Below, piece by piece: positions 55,408 to 64,000 of a stretch of DNA of 64,000 bases (the first letter of the stretch is position 1; every line of letters starts with the position of its first letter). The position numbers and the translations under genes were made by a program. Under the pieces are notes generated by a model that was given only the letters and a program-made list of their open reading frames with translations, had not been told where the DNA came from and ran no database searches. Origin of the DNA: Eledone cirrhosa (lineage: Eukaryota); assembly GCA_964016885.1 (NCBI GenBank), contig OZ024745.1, forward strand, positions 58,528,001 through 58,592,000. The letters are read 5' to 3'.

Positions 55408-57493
55408 CTGAGCTGAGCTTGTACGAAGGTGAAACAAATAAGTTAACTGTCATGTCATAACCAATGGTATAAAATAAAACTGCTTGTATATCAGATAGTG
55501 TCTTCTTACCACTTTATATACCAATATATGATACACGACTACAATATTACTATATATATACTTCATATTCACTAAACTGTTTGTTCGCAGATATAGGTGT
55601 CATTTTAATATAAAATGAGCCATGTATTCCTCACCTCGAGCCTGTGGGGCTGGACCGAGAGGGTTGCAAAAGCCAGACGACATGACAATATCCCCGTTCC
55701 GCGGAGGTAGGCCCCTCATTTGGGATGTTATATGCTGTGACACCTTCTCTACTGGCAACCTGGTGCGTTCGGCTACCAGCCCAGACTCTGTCCGATTATC
55801 GGCCGCTCTCTGATAGGTTTGTGGTAGCGCCTATAGCAGTGGAAACATTTGGTGTTCTTGGCTCCCGGACCACATCCTTGCTTATTGTTATCGGAGCGGA
55901 GTTGCCCGCAAGTGCAAGCCCCGCGGGGTGGAATGACTGTTCAAGCGCGTCTGACTGTTCATCTCCGTCCTCCGGGGCAATATATTCTCCGTCGTGTCGG
56001 CCGAGGTCAAGAGCTGCAGGGTAAGTTAGCTGTAACTCGTTCAGCCGTCACTCATATACATACATACACAAAATAGATGTTCGAAATCCAATTTCAATAA
56101 ACGCCAAATTGTGAAGGATAACACCATTTACAAAACAATGAGAAAGGGGTGTGTTTACAGTTTGAAAAACCGTTTATTAATGACAAGTCATCTATTTTAA
56201 ATAAACTGAAGTCTGTTGTTGTTGTTTTAATAATGAAAAAGGTAAGCGAATGTGGAGAATATTACTGGTGGTAAAATCGGTAGAGCGTTAGACCAAATGC
56301 CTTGCGGTGTTTAATTACGTCTCTTTACGTTCTGAGTTCAAAACCTGTGAAGGTCAACTTGCCTTTTAATCCTTCCGGGGTTGATAAAATATTAATAACA
56401 GTCAAGTTGATATAATCGACTATATTCCCCACCTATTCCAATATATGTGGCCTTGTGCTAACTTTAGAAATTATTATTAGCGCGAAATAAAATAAGTAAC
56501 AGTAATGTATATTTAGATTAGATTGTGTGTGAATATATATATATATCAGCAAAATATTAGTTTTAATAAATACATGAATAAACACAACATATATTTCGTA
56601 TCTTGTGTCGTTTACAAACTGTACAGTTTGTATGTTTGTATATTATACATTATTCCGCCTTCAAAGAATATACAACCTCGTGTCTAGCTGCTTTGTTTCT
56701 TTTTTTCAGTTTCGGTAATTTTAGAAAATACTCAGTCAATATAACCTGGTTTAGTTGAACGTAAACAATGAAATCAATATTTAATTAAAACACTGCGCAA
56801 AGAGTTCATTGAAAGTAATTACCTATTTTCTTTTGTGTATAAAGAATCTAAAAACTGATGAAATAATTTTTTTTTAAATGGCACTGTGATAACGACAACG
56901 ATGTTGATGTGATGCATGAAGATGATGCGAATTGTTTAGCCCTAGGTCAATACTGATTGTGTGCAGACCTATGATAAAATCATTCAAGCCATGACCAGTC
57001 CATCGTTATAGGGGGTATATTAGAATTACAATTACATTATCCAATGTATTTTTTCTTTTTGCAAGACAGTAGAGTGTAATTTGAAAGAGATTTGTCTGTT
57101 GTTTCAAGCAGGTCAAGCGACCACGTTGTTAAAGCTCCATCGTCGGTTCGTCGACGACGTTGATGTGGTGGACAAAAATGAGCACGTTGTCGATGTTGGA
57201 GTTATTTTCTCATTCAGTTTCTTATATTTATAGCAAAACACGTTTTGCTGTTCTTTACTTTGTTTTTGTTTTTAGTTAAGTAATATTTACAAAATTACAA
57301 AACAAAATACGTAAAAAAAACATGGTTAGTATTTTCATTAAAAGTTAATGAGGAAGAAATACAATTGACAAAAAGAAAGACGAAAGCATGAGAGAAAAAC
57401 GGGAGAGAGAGAAAGAGAGAGAGAGATAAAGAGAGAAACGTTACGTACTGCGTCGACTGCCTGCTGGATGATATTGGTAAACTTAGAGAACAT
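1983..57493 (-). CDS. FHIP2A: FHF complex subunit HOOK-interacting protein 2 (FHIP2A/FAM160B1-like), 17 coding exons, about 813 aa (whole-gene span)
   Basis: The spliced translation starts [34 protein letters not shown], includes [62 protein letters not shown] and [10 protein letters not shown], and ends [18 protein letters not shown]. These match FAM160B1/FHIP2A motifs as I recall them. All introns are GT-AG with matching phases. Confidence 0.95.
2178..2518. repeat. Compound (GT)n/(GA)n microsatellite
   Basis: Seen directly. Confidence 0.95.
2669..2863. mobile_element. Small TIR element (hAT-like MITE)
   Basis: Ends TAGACCTGCCAAC and GTTGACAGGTCTG, flanked by GTATAG on both sides. Confidence 0.6.
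4267..6431 (+). mobile_element. Chapaev3-type (CMC) DNA transposon, defective
   Basis: TIRs (T/C)AC(C/T)GTGTAAC and GTTACACAGTG, TTA duplicated at 4264-4266 and 6432-6434, transposase remnants inside, SINE nested at about 6175-6365. Confidence 0.75.
4714..5885 (+). pseudogene. Frameshifted Chapaev3-like DDE transposase
   Basis: ORFs 4714-5376 and 5394-5885 carry [43 protein letters not shown] and [11 protein letters not shown] motifs. The frameshift is near 5300. Confidence 0.85.
7055..7087 (-). CDS. Candidate 33-nt alternative cassette exon of FHIP2 (adds [11 protein letters not shown])
   Basis: ctacAG acceptor after a long T-rich AG-free tract, consensus GTAAGT donor, length divisible by 3, open in phase 2. 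Confidence 0.5.
7290..7556 (+). mobile_element. Short non-autonomous element sharing the RTE 3' end with a (GAT)n tail. Other copies at 14537-14850 (minus), 26030-26120 and 26750-26958.
   Basis: GGTTGGTGTTAGGAAGGGCATCCAGC...CCCATGCTAGCATGGAAG...(GAT)n, also found in the RTE 3' UTR at 21970-22140. Confidence 0.75.
7606..7792 (+). mobile_element. tRNA-derived SINE (representative copy). Related copies at about 3465-3675, 6175-6365, 21615-21795, 39333-39440, 47820-48160 and 61760-61965 (minus), and 59432-59612, 61005-61190 and 62968-63070 (plus).
   Basis: A-box-like TGGCAGTATCGG, B-box GAGTTCAAATCC, shared core GTTAACTTTGCCTTTCATCCTTACGGGGTCGATAAAATAAAGTACCAG. Confidence 0.85.
9551..11310 (-). 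mobile_element. RTE LINE, 5'-truncated and degraded, with two internal deletions
   Basis: High similarity to 21968-24160, (GAT)n tail, deletion junctions near 10555 and 11210. Confidence 0.9.
14060..14163 (-). CDS. FHIP2A: FHIP2 exon 16 (VVGDIKSR...[12 protein letters not shown]), 104 nt
   Basis: tgtAG acceptor, GTAAGC donor, ends phase 2. Confidence 0.9.
15231..15371 (-). CDS. FHIP2A: FHIP2 exon 15 ([19 protein letters not shown]...YSILQK), 141 nt
   Basis: tttcAG acceptor, GTCAGT donor, NLQVTSV motif. Confidence 0.95.
16401..16538 (-). CDS. FHIP2A: FHIP2 exon 14 (FKSMENMC...[11 protein letters not shown]...LHQ), 138 nt
   Basis: acAG acceptor, GTTTGT donor. Confidence 0.92.
17358..17448 (-). 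CDS. FHIP2A: FHIP2 exon 13 ([12 protein letters not shown]...[12 protein letters not shown]), 91 nt
   Basis: tgtAG acceptor, GTGAG donor. Confidence 0.95.
18365..18791 (-). CDS. FHIP2A: FHIP2 exon 12, acidic Ser/Asp-rich linker ending SEVHKVIN, 427 nt
   Basis: Lies in ORF 18328-18786. The aatcAG acceptor gives the correct phase, the donor is GTGGGA, and EVHK.IN is conserved. Confidence 0.85.
19062..19277 (+). mobile_element. piggyBac-type MITE, about 210 bp. Other copies at 8180-8430 (with nested SINE fragment), 27663-27871 (truncated), 33377-33590 (inverted), 38619-38846 and 44052-44277.
   Basis: TTAA-CCCTTTAGCATTTA ... TAAATGCTAAAGGG-TTAA, i.e. TTAA target duplication and CCC/GGG termini. 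Confidence 0.85.
20298..20490 (-). CDS. FHIP2A: FHIP2 exon 11 ([15 protein letters not shown]...YNLVLRNLE...), 193 nt
   Basis: ttccAG acceptor, GTAGGA donor, ends phase 1. Confidence 0.9.
21297..21406 (-). CDS. FHIP2A: FHIP2 exon 10 ([10 protein letters not shown]...[12 protein letters not shown]), 110 nt
   Basis: tgtAG acceptor, GTACCA donor. Confidence 0.92.
21968..24160 (-). mobile_element. RTE LINE, 5'-truncated, with an uninterrupted RT reading frame (about 600 aa) including a PHD finger
   Basis: ORF 22362-24449 contains [38 protein letters not shown] and RRLRWYGHV. The tail is (GAT)n. Confidence 0.95.
24239..24318 (-). CDS. FHIP2A: FHIP2 exon 9 ([26 protein letters not shown]), 80 nt
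   Basis: tgcAG acceptor, GTAAAT donor, phase 2 to 1. Confidence 0.92.
24895..25086 (-). CDS. FHIP2A: FHIP2 exon 8 (LDGISE...[20 protein letters not shown]...EPAIMQT), 192 nt
   Basis: tgcAG acceptor, GTAATT donor, phase 2 to 2. Confidence 0.95.
26150..26343 (-). CDS. FHIP2A: FHIP2 exon 7 ([20 protein letters not shown]...YAKWG), 194 nt
   Basis: acAG acceptor, GTAAAG donor, ends phase 2. Confidence 0.95.
29572..29700 (-). CDS. FHIP2A: FHIP2 exon 6 (VPKNSDGP...[14 protein letters not shown]), 129 nt
   Basis: attAG acceptor, GTATG donor, YSIVNSLL resembles YNLVNSLL of homologues. Confidence 0.88.
30259..30381 (-). CDS. FHIP2A: FHIP2 exon 5 (RLIKICGE...[10 protein letters not shown]), 123 nt
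   Basis: tttcAG acceptor, GTTAGT donor. Confidence 0.95.
31871..31975 (-). CDS. FHIP2A: FHIP2 exon 4 (SPPGMKQVV...[10 protein letters not shown]), 105 nt
   Basis: tgtAG acceptor, GTAAGT donor. Confidence 0.95.
32127..32585 (+). repeat. About 10 x 47-bp degenerate minisatellite inside an RTE-tailed element
   Basis: Unit approximately GGTGCCACAACAATAGCACCCAGTNCACCCTGTAAGGTGGTAGTGCT. Confidence 0.85.
32814..32983 (-). CDS. FHIP2A: FHIP2 exon 3 ([19 protein letters not shown]...[10 protein letters not shown]), 170 nt
   Basis: tttcAG acceptor, GTAAGT donor, conserved GPCMEY motif. Confidence 0.95.
34332..34651. repeat. Palindrome with about 160-bp arms and a 2-nt loop, Penelope-like inverted pseudo-LTR
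   Basis: Centre AAAGTGA-CC-TCACTTT at 34492-34493. The arms are reverse complements with a few mismatches. Confidence 0.9.
34364..34430 (-). ncRNA. Type I hammerhead ribozyme motif, sense to the FHIP2 pre-mRNA
   Basis: TTCATT-CTGACGA-stem II-GAAA-CC(ACT)GG-TA-AATGAA. Confidence 0.65.
35501..35678. mobile_element. Tc1/mariner (Tigger/pogo-like) MITE
   Basis: TA-CAGGTAAAATTCCGTTATAACGAA ... TTCGTTATAATGGAATTTCACTG-TA. Confidence 0.7.
35898..36070. mobile_element. Tc1/mariner-superfamily MITE
   Basis: TA-CCCTATTTCCCGGCATTGAAGACGC ... GCGTCTTCAGCGCTGGGAAATACGG-TA. Confidence 0.7.
36247..36325 (-). CDS. FHIP2A: FHIP2 exon 2 ([26 protein letters not shown]), 79 nt
   Basis: ttcAG acceptor, GTAATG donor, phase 0 to 1. 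Confidence 0.93.
41313..42500 (-). mobile_element. Old, decayed RTE LINE fragment
   Basis: Collinear with 21968-23340 ([10 protein letters not shown]-like at about 42470-42500, FxYL and SSGGGC at about 42120-42160), with many stops. Confidence 0.75.
45962..46540 (+). mobile_element. 3' fragment of a different RTE-group LINE
   Basis: ORF with YKYLGS, LLYGS.TW and RR.QFAGHC, ending in a (TGA)n tail. Confidence 0.85.
48167..50690 (-). mobile_element. CR1-clade LINE, 5'-truncated, with internal rearrangement
   Basis: [33 protein letters not shown] and [12 protein letters not shown] motifs, (TTA)n tail. Matching 3' fragments occur near 17540-17615 and 59290-59690. Confidence 0.92.
51965..53310 (+). 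mobile_element. Decayed Gypsy/Ty3 LTR retrotransposon (PBS, protease and RT remnants)
   Basis: TGGTGACCC PBS-like motif at 51965, and fragments [40 protein letters not shown] and KCAFG, with many frameshifts. Confidence 0.85.
55622..56030 (+). mobile_element. C-terminal restriction-like endonuclease fragment of a CRE/R2-group non-LTR element
   Basis: [24 protein letters not shown] and [22 protein letters not shown] in adjacent frames (PD..D motif), GC-rich island. Confidence 0.7.
57449..57493 (-). CDS. FHIP2A: FHIP2 exon 1 ([15 protein letters not shown]), 45 nt
   Basis: ATG at 57493 and donor GTACGT; phase 0. A second in-frame ATG lies at 57505. Confidence 0.92.
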
Positions 57494-58220
57494 ATTCTTC
57501 TTCATCGGTTAGCTTTGTGAGAAGATGGAGTAGAGGGAAAAATATACGTAATCCGCCTGGACTGTTTTGAAGGGGAGAGAGTCCAGCTCCCCTACATCAC
57601 AGTGAAAACTGGTAGATGGAAAAGAATTTGGCGACGACAAAAGAATTTGGCGACGACACAACTTCACAGACGAATCTGATATCCTGAAAGCATGTATGTG
57701 TATATATGTCAGGGCGGAAATTAATACCAGCAAACAATTAAGTGCATAATGGTATATTTATATGTATATATATAATATATATATATATATATTTCAATTA
57801 ACAAACACACATAAAAAAATACTTAGTTTTTAAATGATTGTGTTTGTTTTTTTACATAATTCTTTAACTAGCGAAATCACTTTATCATTAATAAAAAGTA
57901 TTTATACTGGAGATGTAACTCCAATACTGTGATATTAATTAGTCTAGTTAAATATTATAACGATAAACACAGTATGCACAGACGGTGTAGGAATACAGAT
58001 AAATAAAAATTGTCGGAAATACGTTGGAATTGATTGAAACATGCGTACTGTGTCATATGACATCACTTCCTACATGTGTGTGCAGACGCCAATTTCAGAA
58101 ACAACGATATTTCATAATTCTCACCGAATATGACGCCTTTTAGAATAATACTCTCCGAGCAATAAATATTATTATCATAGCTTTCAGAATGTATGTGTAT
58201 GTATGTGTATATTATATAAC

Positions 58221-58294
58221 TATTTCATCTGATGAAGGAGCTAGCCGTTTCTGTATGGATCGTCTAGTTTCCTGAAACCTTTGGTAATGAAATA
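58221..58294 (+). ncRNA. Type I hammerhead ribozyme motif with intact core
   Basis: Stem I TATTTCAT/ATGAAATA, CTGATGA at 58229-58235, stem II AGGAGCTAG/CTAGTTTCCT, GAAA at 58274-58277, stem III CC(TTT)GG, GUA cleavage triplet ending 58286. Confidence 0.8.
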
Positions 58295-58383
58295 ATTATA
58301 TTGTGCTTTTTATTAAATAATTAAATAGCTCTGTATTATACATAGAGCACTCTTTCCTTTACTTTTTCTACGTAAATACTTAA

Positions 58384-58462
<79 letters not shown>

Positions 58463-60503
58463 GTGTGTGTGTGTGTGTGTAAAATACACTGTTAAAAAAG
58501 GTACTTAATACATTAGTAGAGTGTAAGCATCAATGTTTGTTATATAAATAGTTCCTACTGGGCTAGAACATTCATTTGTATCAAATTAAGATGCTATACA
58601 AATTATATATATATGACACACACACACACACACATGTATATATACATATATATATATACATATATATCTATATATATATATATATATATATAATGTTGTC
58701 TCTGATCGAGATGAAGCAAGAGTGTATTTGATTGAATACTTATAAAAGTGAGAAAACTCATCGCTAGAACAGCCGACAAAACAGCTAAATACTGTCAAAG
58801 ACAGCGATGGGCAAAAATGCCTCAGAGGACAGAGATCAGTGGCCAGTGGTAAACAGAGTGACAATCCACAGGGTGGGCGACAGACAGATGAAATATAGAA
58901 AAGATTGAAAGAGGAGGAAGACAGGGAGAAGTATGCTGGCACACAGAAGTGACTGGGAGAAGGAAATAAAGAAAGGCGATGTACAAGACAAGTTTATGCA
59001 CACACAGCTTCATCATCATCATCTGTCAAACCAGCAAAATGGTTTCTTAAGATTTAATTTGTAGTAGTAATTGGTCGAATAATGGCAAGTGAGTAAGTGA
59101 AGTTGGTCTCAGTGAGTCGAGAGAAGAAGCTATGCCATATCCAAGGAAGCAAGAAGTTGTACTCGCTTGTTGTGGTGTGAAGTGATATTACTACGGGGAA
59201 GGTTATTTTTCTATATCACACGGATAAGCATAAACAAATGAACAAAACACCCCTAATTTTAAGGTTTTTATTTTAACAAACTACCGGCATCAGTTGTTAG
59301 CTGTCGAGACACTGCATCCTTTAAAACCACCATGCTTCCTGAGATTCGCCAACACTACACCTGATGTCCCCCCCCCTCCATACACACGCACACATGTATT
59401 TCATGACTCGTACACTGTTCATTTTCCTGACGTGGATTGGCAGTATCGGTAGAGGGTCGGACGCCATGCTTGGCAGCAAAGAGTTATGGCCCTTTATGAG
59501 TTCAAATACCGCCGAGGTTAACTTTGCCTTACATCCTTACGGGGGTCGATAAAATAAAGTACCAGTAATACACTGGATAATTGCTGGCCTTGTGCCATAA
59601 GTAGAAACAATTATTCTATGTACTATACATGCACCTTTGATGAATTGTAGTGTACCTGAGCACTGTACACAACAATTTCATTATTATTATTATGATTTAC
59701 TTTGAAATCATGATCAGCAATCAACAATGGAAAAATAATATATGTATAGTTGTAGTGTGTCATGTGTGCAACTGTAGTAATATTTAATTGACTTGACCTG
59801 TGTTGGTAACTTTCTCAGCTAGTGTCGACCTCAGCAAGGCTGGCTAGTGGGAGTATGTACTGTATATGTCGTTACATTACAAGCCGAACGAAACAAACAA
59901 TCATTCTGTTGCAAGTCGGGAGGCAGATTGATTTTTCCAAAGGAAAATTCATCTATTGTTCTCCCCGCGTACAACTGGTGCTGTTAGTCCTTCAACCAGA
60001 GAACATTATCTAAGTTATGGGGCTCTGAGGTCGTAGGTCAGTATCAAGGTGGCTGTGTGTGTGTCTGACTAAGAAAAACCATCGTGGGGAAATATGTCGA
60101 GATTTCGCTACAGTCACTACATCCAAAATTACTATCAAGTTTGCAAAACCTTCCAATCCACTCATCAACAGCGAAGAATCTATAAGGTGTAATCTCATGT
60201 AAAGTTTCCGCTTTTTTATTTTTTATTTTATTTATTTATTATTTTCTTTTCTGATTTCTAGCCAAAGTCTACTTTACACTTATTAAACTCTAGCAAATTC
60301 GCCGCCATATAGACTTATAAACCAAGGGCGAAAACTCCTCCGGGCACTTAAAACAAAGAAAACCACTATAAGTACATTCAATGTGCTTTTTATTACTTAC
60401 TAGCATTGCACAGAGAGGCAGCCCATAGCCTTGCCAAAGAACAGTTTAATCTCTCTCTCTCTCTCATTCACTCTCTCCTTCTCTCTCTCATTCTCTCTCT
60501 ATC

Positions 60504-60587
<84 letters not shown>

Positions 60588-60911
60588 ATCGGTGAAAAAT
60601 CTAATAAATATAAAGTGATGATATCCATTTGTTAGAAAATCAGAAATAATTCCGAAGTATTTCAGCAATATTTGCATCATGAAATCTTGTAAACACGATT
60701 ACTGAAAATTTGTATCACAATCATATTGTCTTCCAAAACTTTGTCAGAGTTCTGTCCCCTGACTTGGCTGTCATTTGAAGTATCGAATCGACACTTCTAT
60801 TCACCACTTCTTTCGTTTGCGAGGCATATGGAGATCTCCTCTGCCAGCAGTATCAGCTTAGGGTTCTACGGTGATCTGCGAGTCTTACTGGTATTAAAAG
60901 AATGTCTATAA

Positions 60912-61293
60912 CAGCGTTTCCAAACCTTTTTACCTTTGTGGAACCCTTGAAATAGTTTTCATGTTTCAGGCAACCCCTACATAAAAATTATTATATACCA
61001 TTATGTGGATTGGCAGTATCGGTAAGGGTCGGACGCCATGCTTTGAAGCATAGAGTTACCTTCCTTTATGATCTGAGTTCAAATCCCGCCGAGGTTAACT
61101 TTGCCTTTCATCCTTACGGGGTCGATAAAATAAAGTACCAGTAATGCACTGGGATAATTGCTGGCCTTGTGCCAAAAGTAGAAACAATTATTAATATCTA
61201 AATTAATTAGCTTATTTACTATGTTTCTAGCAGAATCCGTAGAGACCTCTTAGAAACCCTAGGGTTCCGAGAAACGCCGGTTGAGAAACGGTG
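60912..61293. mobile_element. hAT (Charlie-like) MITE with a nested SINE at 61005-61190
   Basis: CAGCGTTTCCAAACC ... GGTTGAGAAACGGTG termini, imperfect 8-bp flanks GTCTATAA and GTCTAAAG. Confidence 0.65.
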
Positions 61294-63179
61294 GTCTAAA
61301 GTGATGGATGTCTAACAGCTTTATCATATACCGTGTGTGTCATTCTGAATCTCCCCAAGAACTACATTAAAGGTACACGTGTCTGTGGAACGCTCAGCCA
61401 TTTATATGTTAATTTCTCGAACGAACGGTTCAATTATTCAAACAAGAGGACTACTCAACGCTGGAACCGAAGGAGGCCTAACAACTACAACATATTAATT
61501 GTGTTTATATGTTAAGATGTTTTAATAACCAGTTACAACTAAATATGAGTAAGTCTAAATAAAACATTCTGAAAAAAAAAACAACAAAGGAATAAAATGA
61601 ATTAACCACTAATTCAGTTTATTTCTTTGCACACAGAAAAATATTTTAAAAAGAGAAAGAAAAACATTTGCAGGAGAAAATATTCAAGAGAAGTGAGATG
61701 AATATCAACGTTTGTTTTTTAAGGACATTTTCATAATTATCTGATTGAAATAACGGTTTTTGATTTAGGCACGAAGCCAACAATTTGATGGGAGGGGAAA
61801 GTTGATTAAATTGACCCCAGAGCATTGCTGGTGCATTATTTTATCGACCCCGTAAGGATGAAAGACAAAGTTAACCTCGGTGGTATTTGAACTCAGAACT
61901 TAAAGGACCGTAGCTATATGCCACAGAGCATGGTGTCCAACGCTCTAGCGATACTACCAATCTATTGAAATAATGAACGGTGGGTAAAGATTTCAAATTG
62001 TGTTAGTTAATGAACCATTTAAATCTAATGTACTTAATATGTGAATAGACCGCTCCTAAATTTGTCGCTTCCACAAACCTGGATACTCTCACCCGTAATG
62101 TATAGGAACGGAAGATAGACAAATGGTGGGACATTGCCCTCCATTTCTTATTCATGTCGATTGCCGTCGAGATCTCTGGTGTCCTCGGTCCCCGAAAACC
62201 CGTTTTCCTCCACAAAATTAGGGAGGAGTGCATTCCGCCTAAGGAAGGAGCCCCACATGTCGTGTAGCTGATATAGCTGATATATATACCATATATACGA
62301 CGTAGAGTAAGGTTTAGAGTCAGCTGCTACTCCCCTCCCCATTCCCCATACTTTCGTCATTCAATCTTTTTTTCTTTTTCTTCTTTTTTATGTCAGTCAT
62401 GCAATTTAATTACAATAAAATATGGAAACAAACTTTCATAAGAGTTATAAGAGTTATATCCCTTCTTAAATATAAGTTATTTCCCTTACATGTTCTTACA
62501 TTAGTTTAACAATAAAAAAAAACTGTATGGAATGCAACAGGAGCAAATATTAGCACTTTCTCTGTTATTCACTAAGTTGGGTTGGATTTTTTTTTACTGG
62601 AAAATAAACGAAATTAAAAACTGATACAGGATAAATGATAAGTTTTACAATTAGGTTTTGCAGACAAACATCATAATATAAAAGATAATCTTATATATAA
62701 GATTACATTCGATAATATATTAGATTCCCGATGGTTAAAAAAAGAAAAGACAGGTTTGTTGTGGTTGGAACGTTTTTAATCATTGGTCTGATAGCTAAAT
62801 AATATATACTTTATACACCACCAGTAATCACTTATTCAAGATAACTCATTCAAATTGAAATCAATCTTAAACGTATTAGTTATTTCTCTATTGAGTGTAG
62901 CATCTACAAACTTTACGCCATGAAACATTTCATTATTTCATTTGTCTAACATTTCATTATTTCATTTGCCGAGGTTAACTTTGCCTTTCATCCTTACGGC
63001 GTCGATAAAATAAAGCACCAGTAATACACTGGGATGATTGCTGGCCTTGTGCCAAAAGTAGAAACAATTATTGCATTTGTCTAACTACTCTACTCCAAAT
63101 TTGAATTTACAAACGCTTCCCAGAGTTCGTTATACACCTATGGAATATCATAAAGATGATATGACAGAGATGAGAGTTA

Positions 63180-63850
63180 CAAACCAATGGAGGGGTGTCT
63201 AAAGTGGGAAACAACTCAAAACACTAATCCGTTCCAGTCTGCCTAACTTCTCAATGTCAAAGGAAAGGCAATTTTCATCATTCTGTTCCGAAGATTGACT
63301 GCGTTTCTCCTCAGAAACTGCTGCATCGAATACTTTCGACCCCACTGCAAAAAGTTGTGATCTTTGGAGTTCCTCATTGCTTGGAGCAGATTGGTGTTGT
63401 CATGCAGTTCCTCAAAGACGCCTAAGAGAATAGAAGTGATCTACTTGTTTTATGTTTGGATCGAGCAAATATTTATGGGTCTATACAACACTGACAGGTT
63501 GAGTTTGCACTGCACCGTCACCATGTTCCCAGTAAGACAAATGACTTTATCCTGGATTACTACACTAGATTCAGACTGGGTGTCACTTGTGGATTGGGGA
63601 CATCTTAATGGCACCGACTTGGGGAAGCAATAATAACAGGTTGCGCCGTCTCCGTTATTCGTTTTGCGCTTGTCGTGAATATGGTGAGCGAGAGAGTCAA
63701 AGTTGAATATGGAGGTAATCTATTCAAATTAGATGTACGACAGTCACCAATATGGACGACCTGGCCATCACAATAACATCGACCCTAAAGAGTAAGCGAA
63801 TCTGATCCTACAAGGGGATCACCTGTGTAAGAATAGCTTTTATGCCTGCG
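63180..63850 (-). mobile_element. Very degraded LINE RT-like remnant
   Basis: YRPINICS...ITSIL-like reading on the minus strand with multiple stops, and higher GC than the flanks. Confidence 0.35.
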
Positions 63851-64000
63851 AAGTCAAGGATTATGAGTACTGAAGAAAGAGAAGTTAGTTAACAAATTCA
63901 ATTTTCTGTCATGTTAGTTTCAGGGTAACTGGTCATGAGTCTAAAGGAAGTTTTTCCTTCAGACTTTGATTCAGCTCTAAAAGATTCTGCTGTCATAGAG

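Noticed and set aside
62003-62360. GC-richer block that might be an upstream exon or a second gene
   Set aside because: It shares a GGACACCAGAG.TCTCGA motif with 24540-24570, suggesting a dispersed repeat. There is no recognisable protein or coherent splice structure.

Overview
AT-rich, microsatellite- and retroelement-dense animal genomic DNA. The repeat content (RTE LINEs with (GAT)n tails, abundant tRNA-derived SINEs) suggests an octopod cephalopod; this is inference. Most of the window (about 1.9-57.7 kb) is one minus-strand gene, an FHIP2/FAM160B orthologue (FTS-Hook interacting protein 2). I reconstructed it by hand as 17 coding exons with consistent GT-AG phases (2442 nt, 813 aa). There is also a candidate frame-preserving 33-nt cassette exon. 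The introns hold RTE, CR1 and CRE-type LINE fragments, a Chapaev3-type DNA transposon, a Gypsy remnant, piggyBac/mariner/hAT MITEs and SINEs. The most notable observations are four. (1) A >300-bp-arm palindrome made of an LTR folded back around an exact 18-nt tRNA-Trp primer-binding site. (2) A family of Penelope-type hammerhead ribozyme motifs: one intact copy antisense-upstream of the gene and one inside a 160-bp-arm intronic palindrome. (3) An open in-frame read-through from FHIP2 exon 9 into a PHD-containing RTE reverse transcriptase. (4) A CR1 copy with nested template-switch duplications. Repeat coordinates are approximate; exon coordinates were counted from the sequence.
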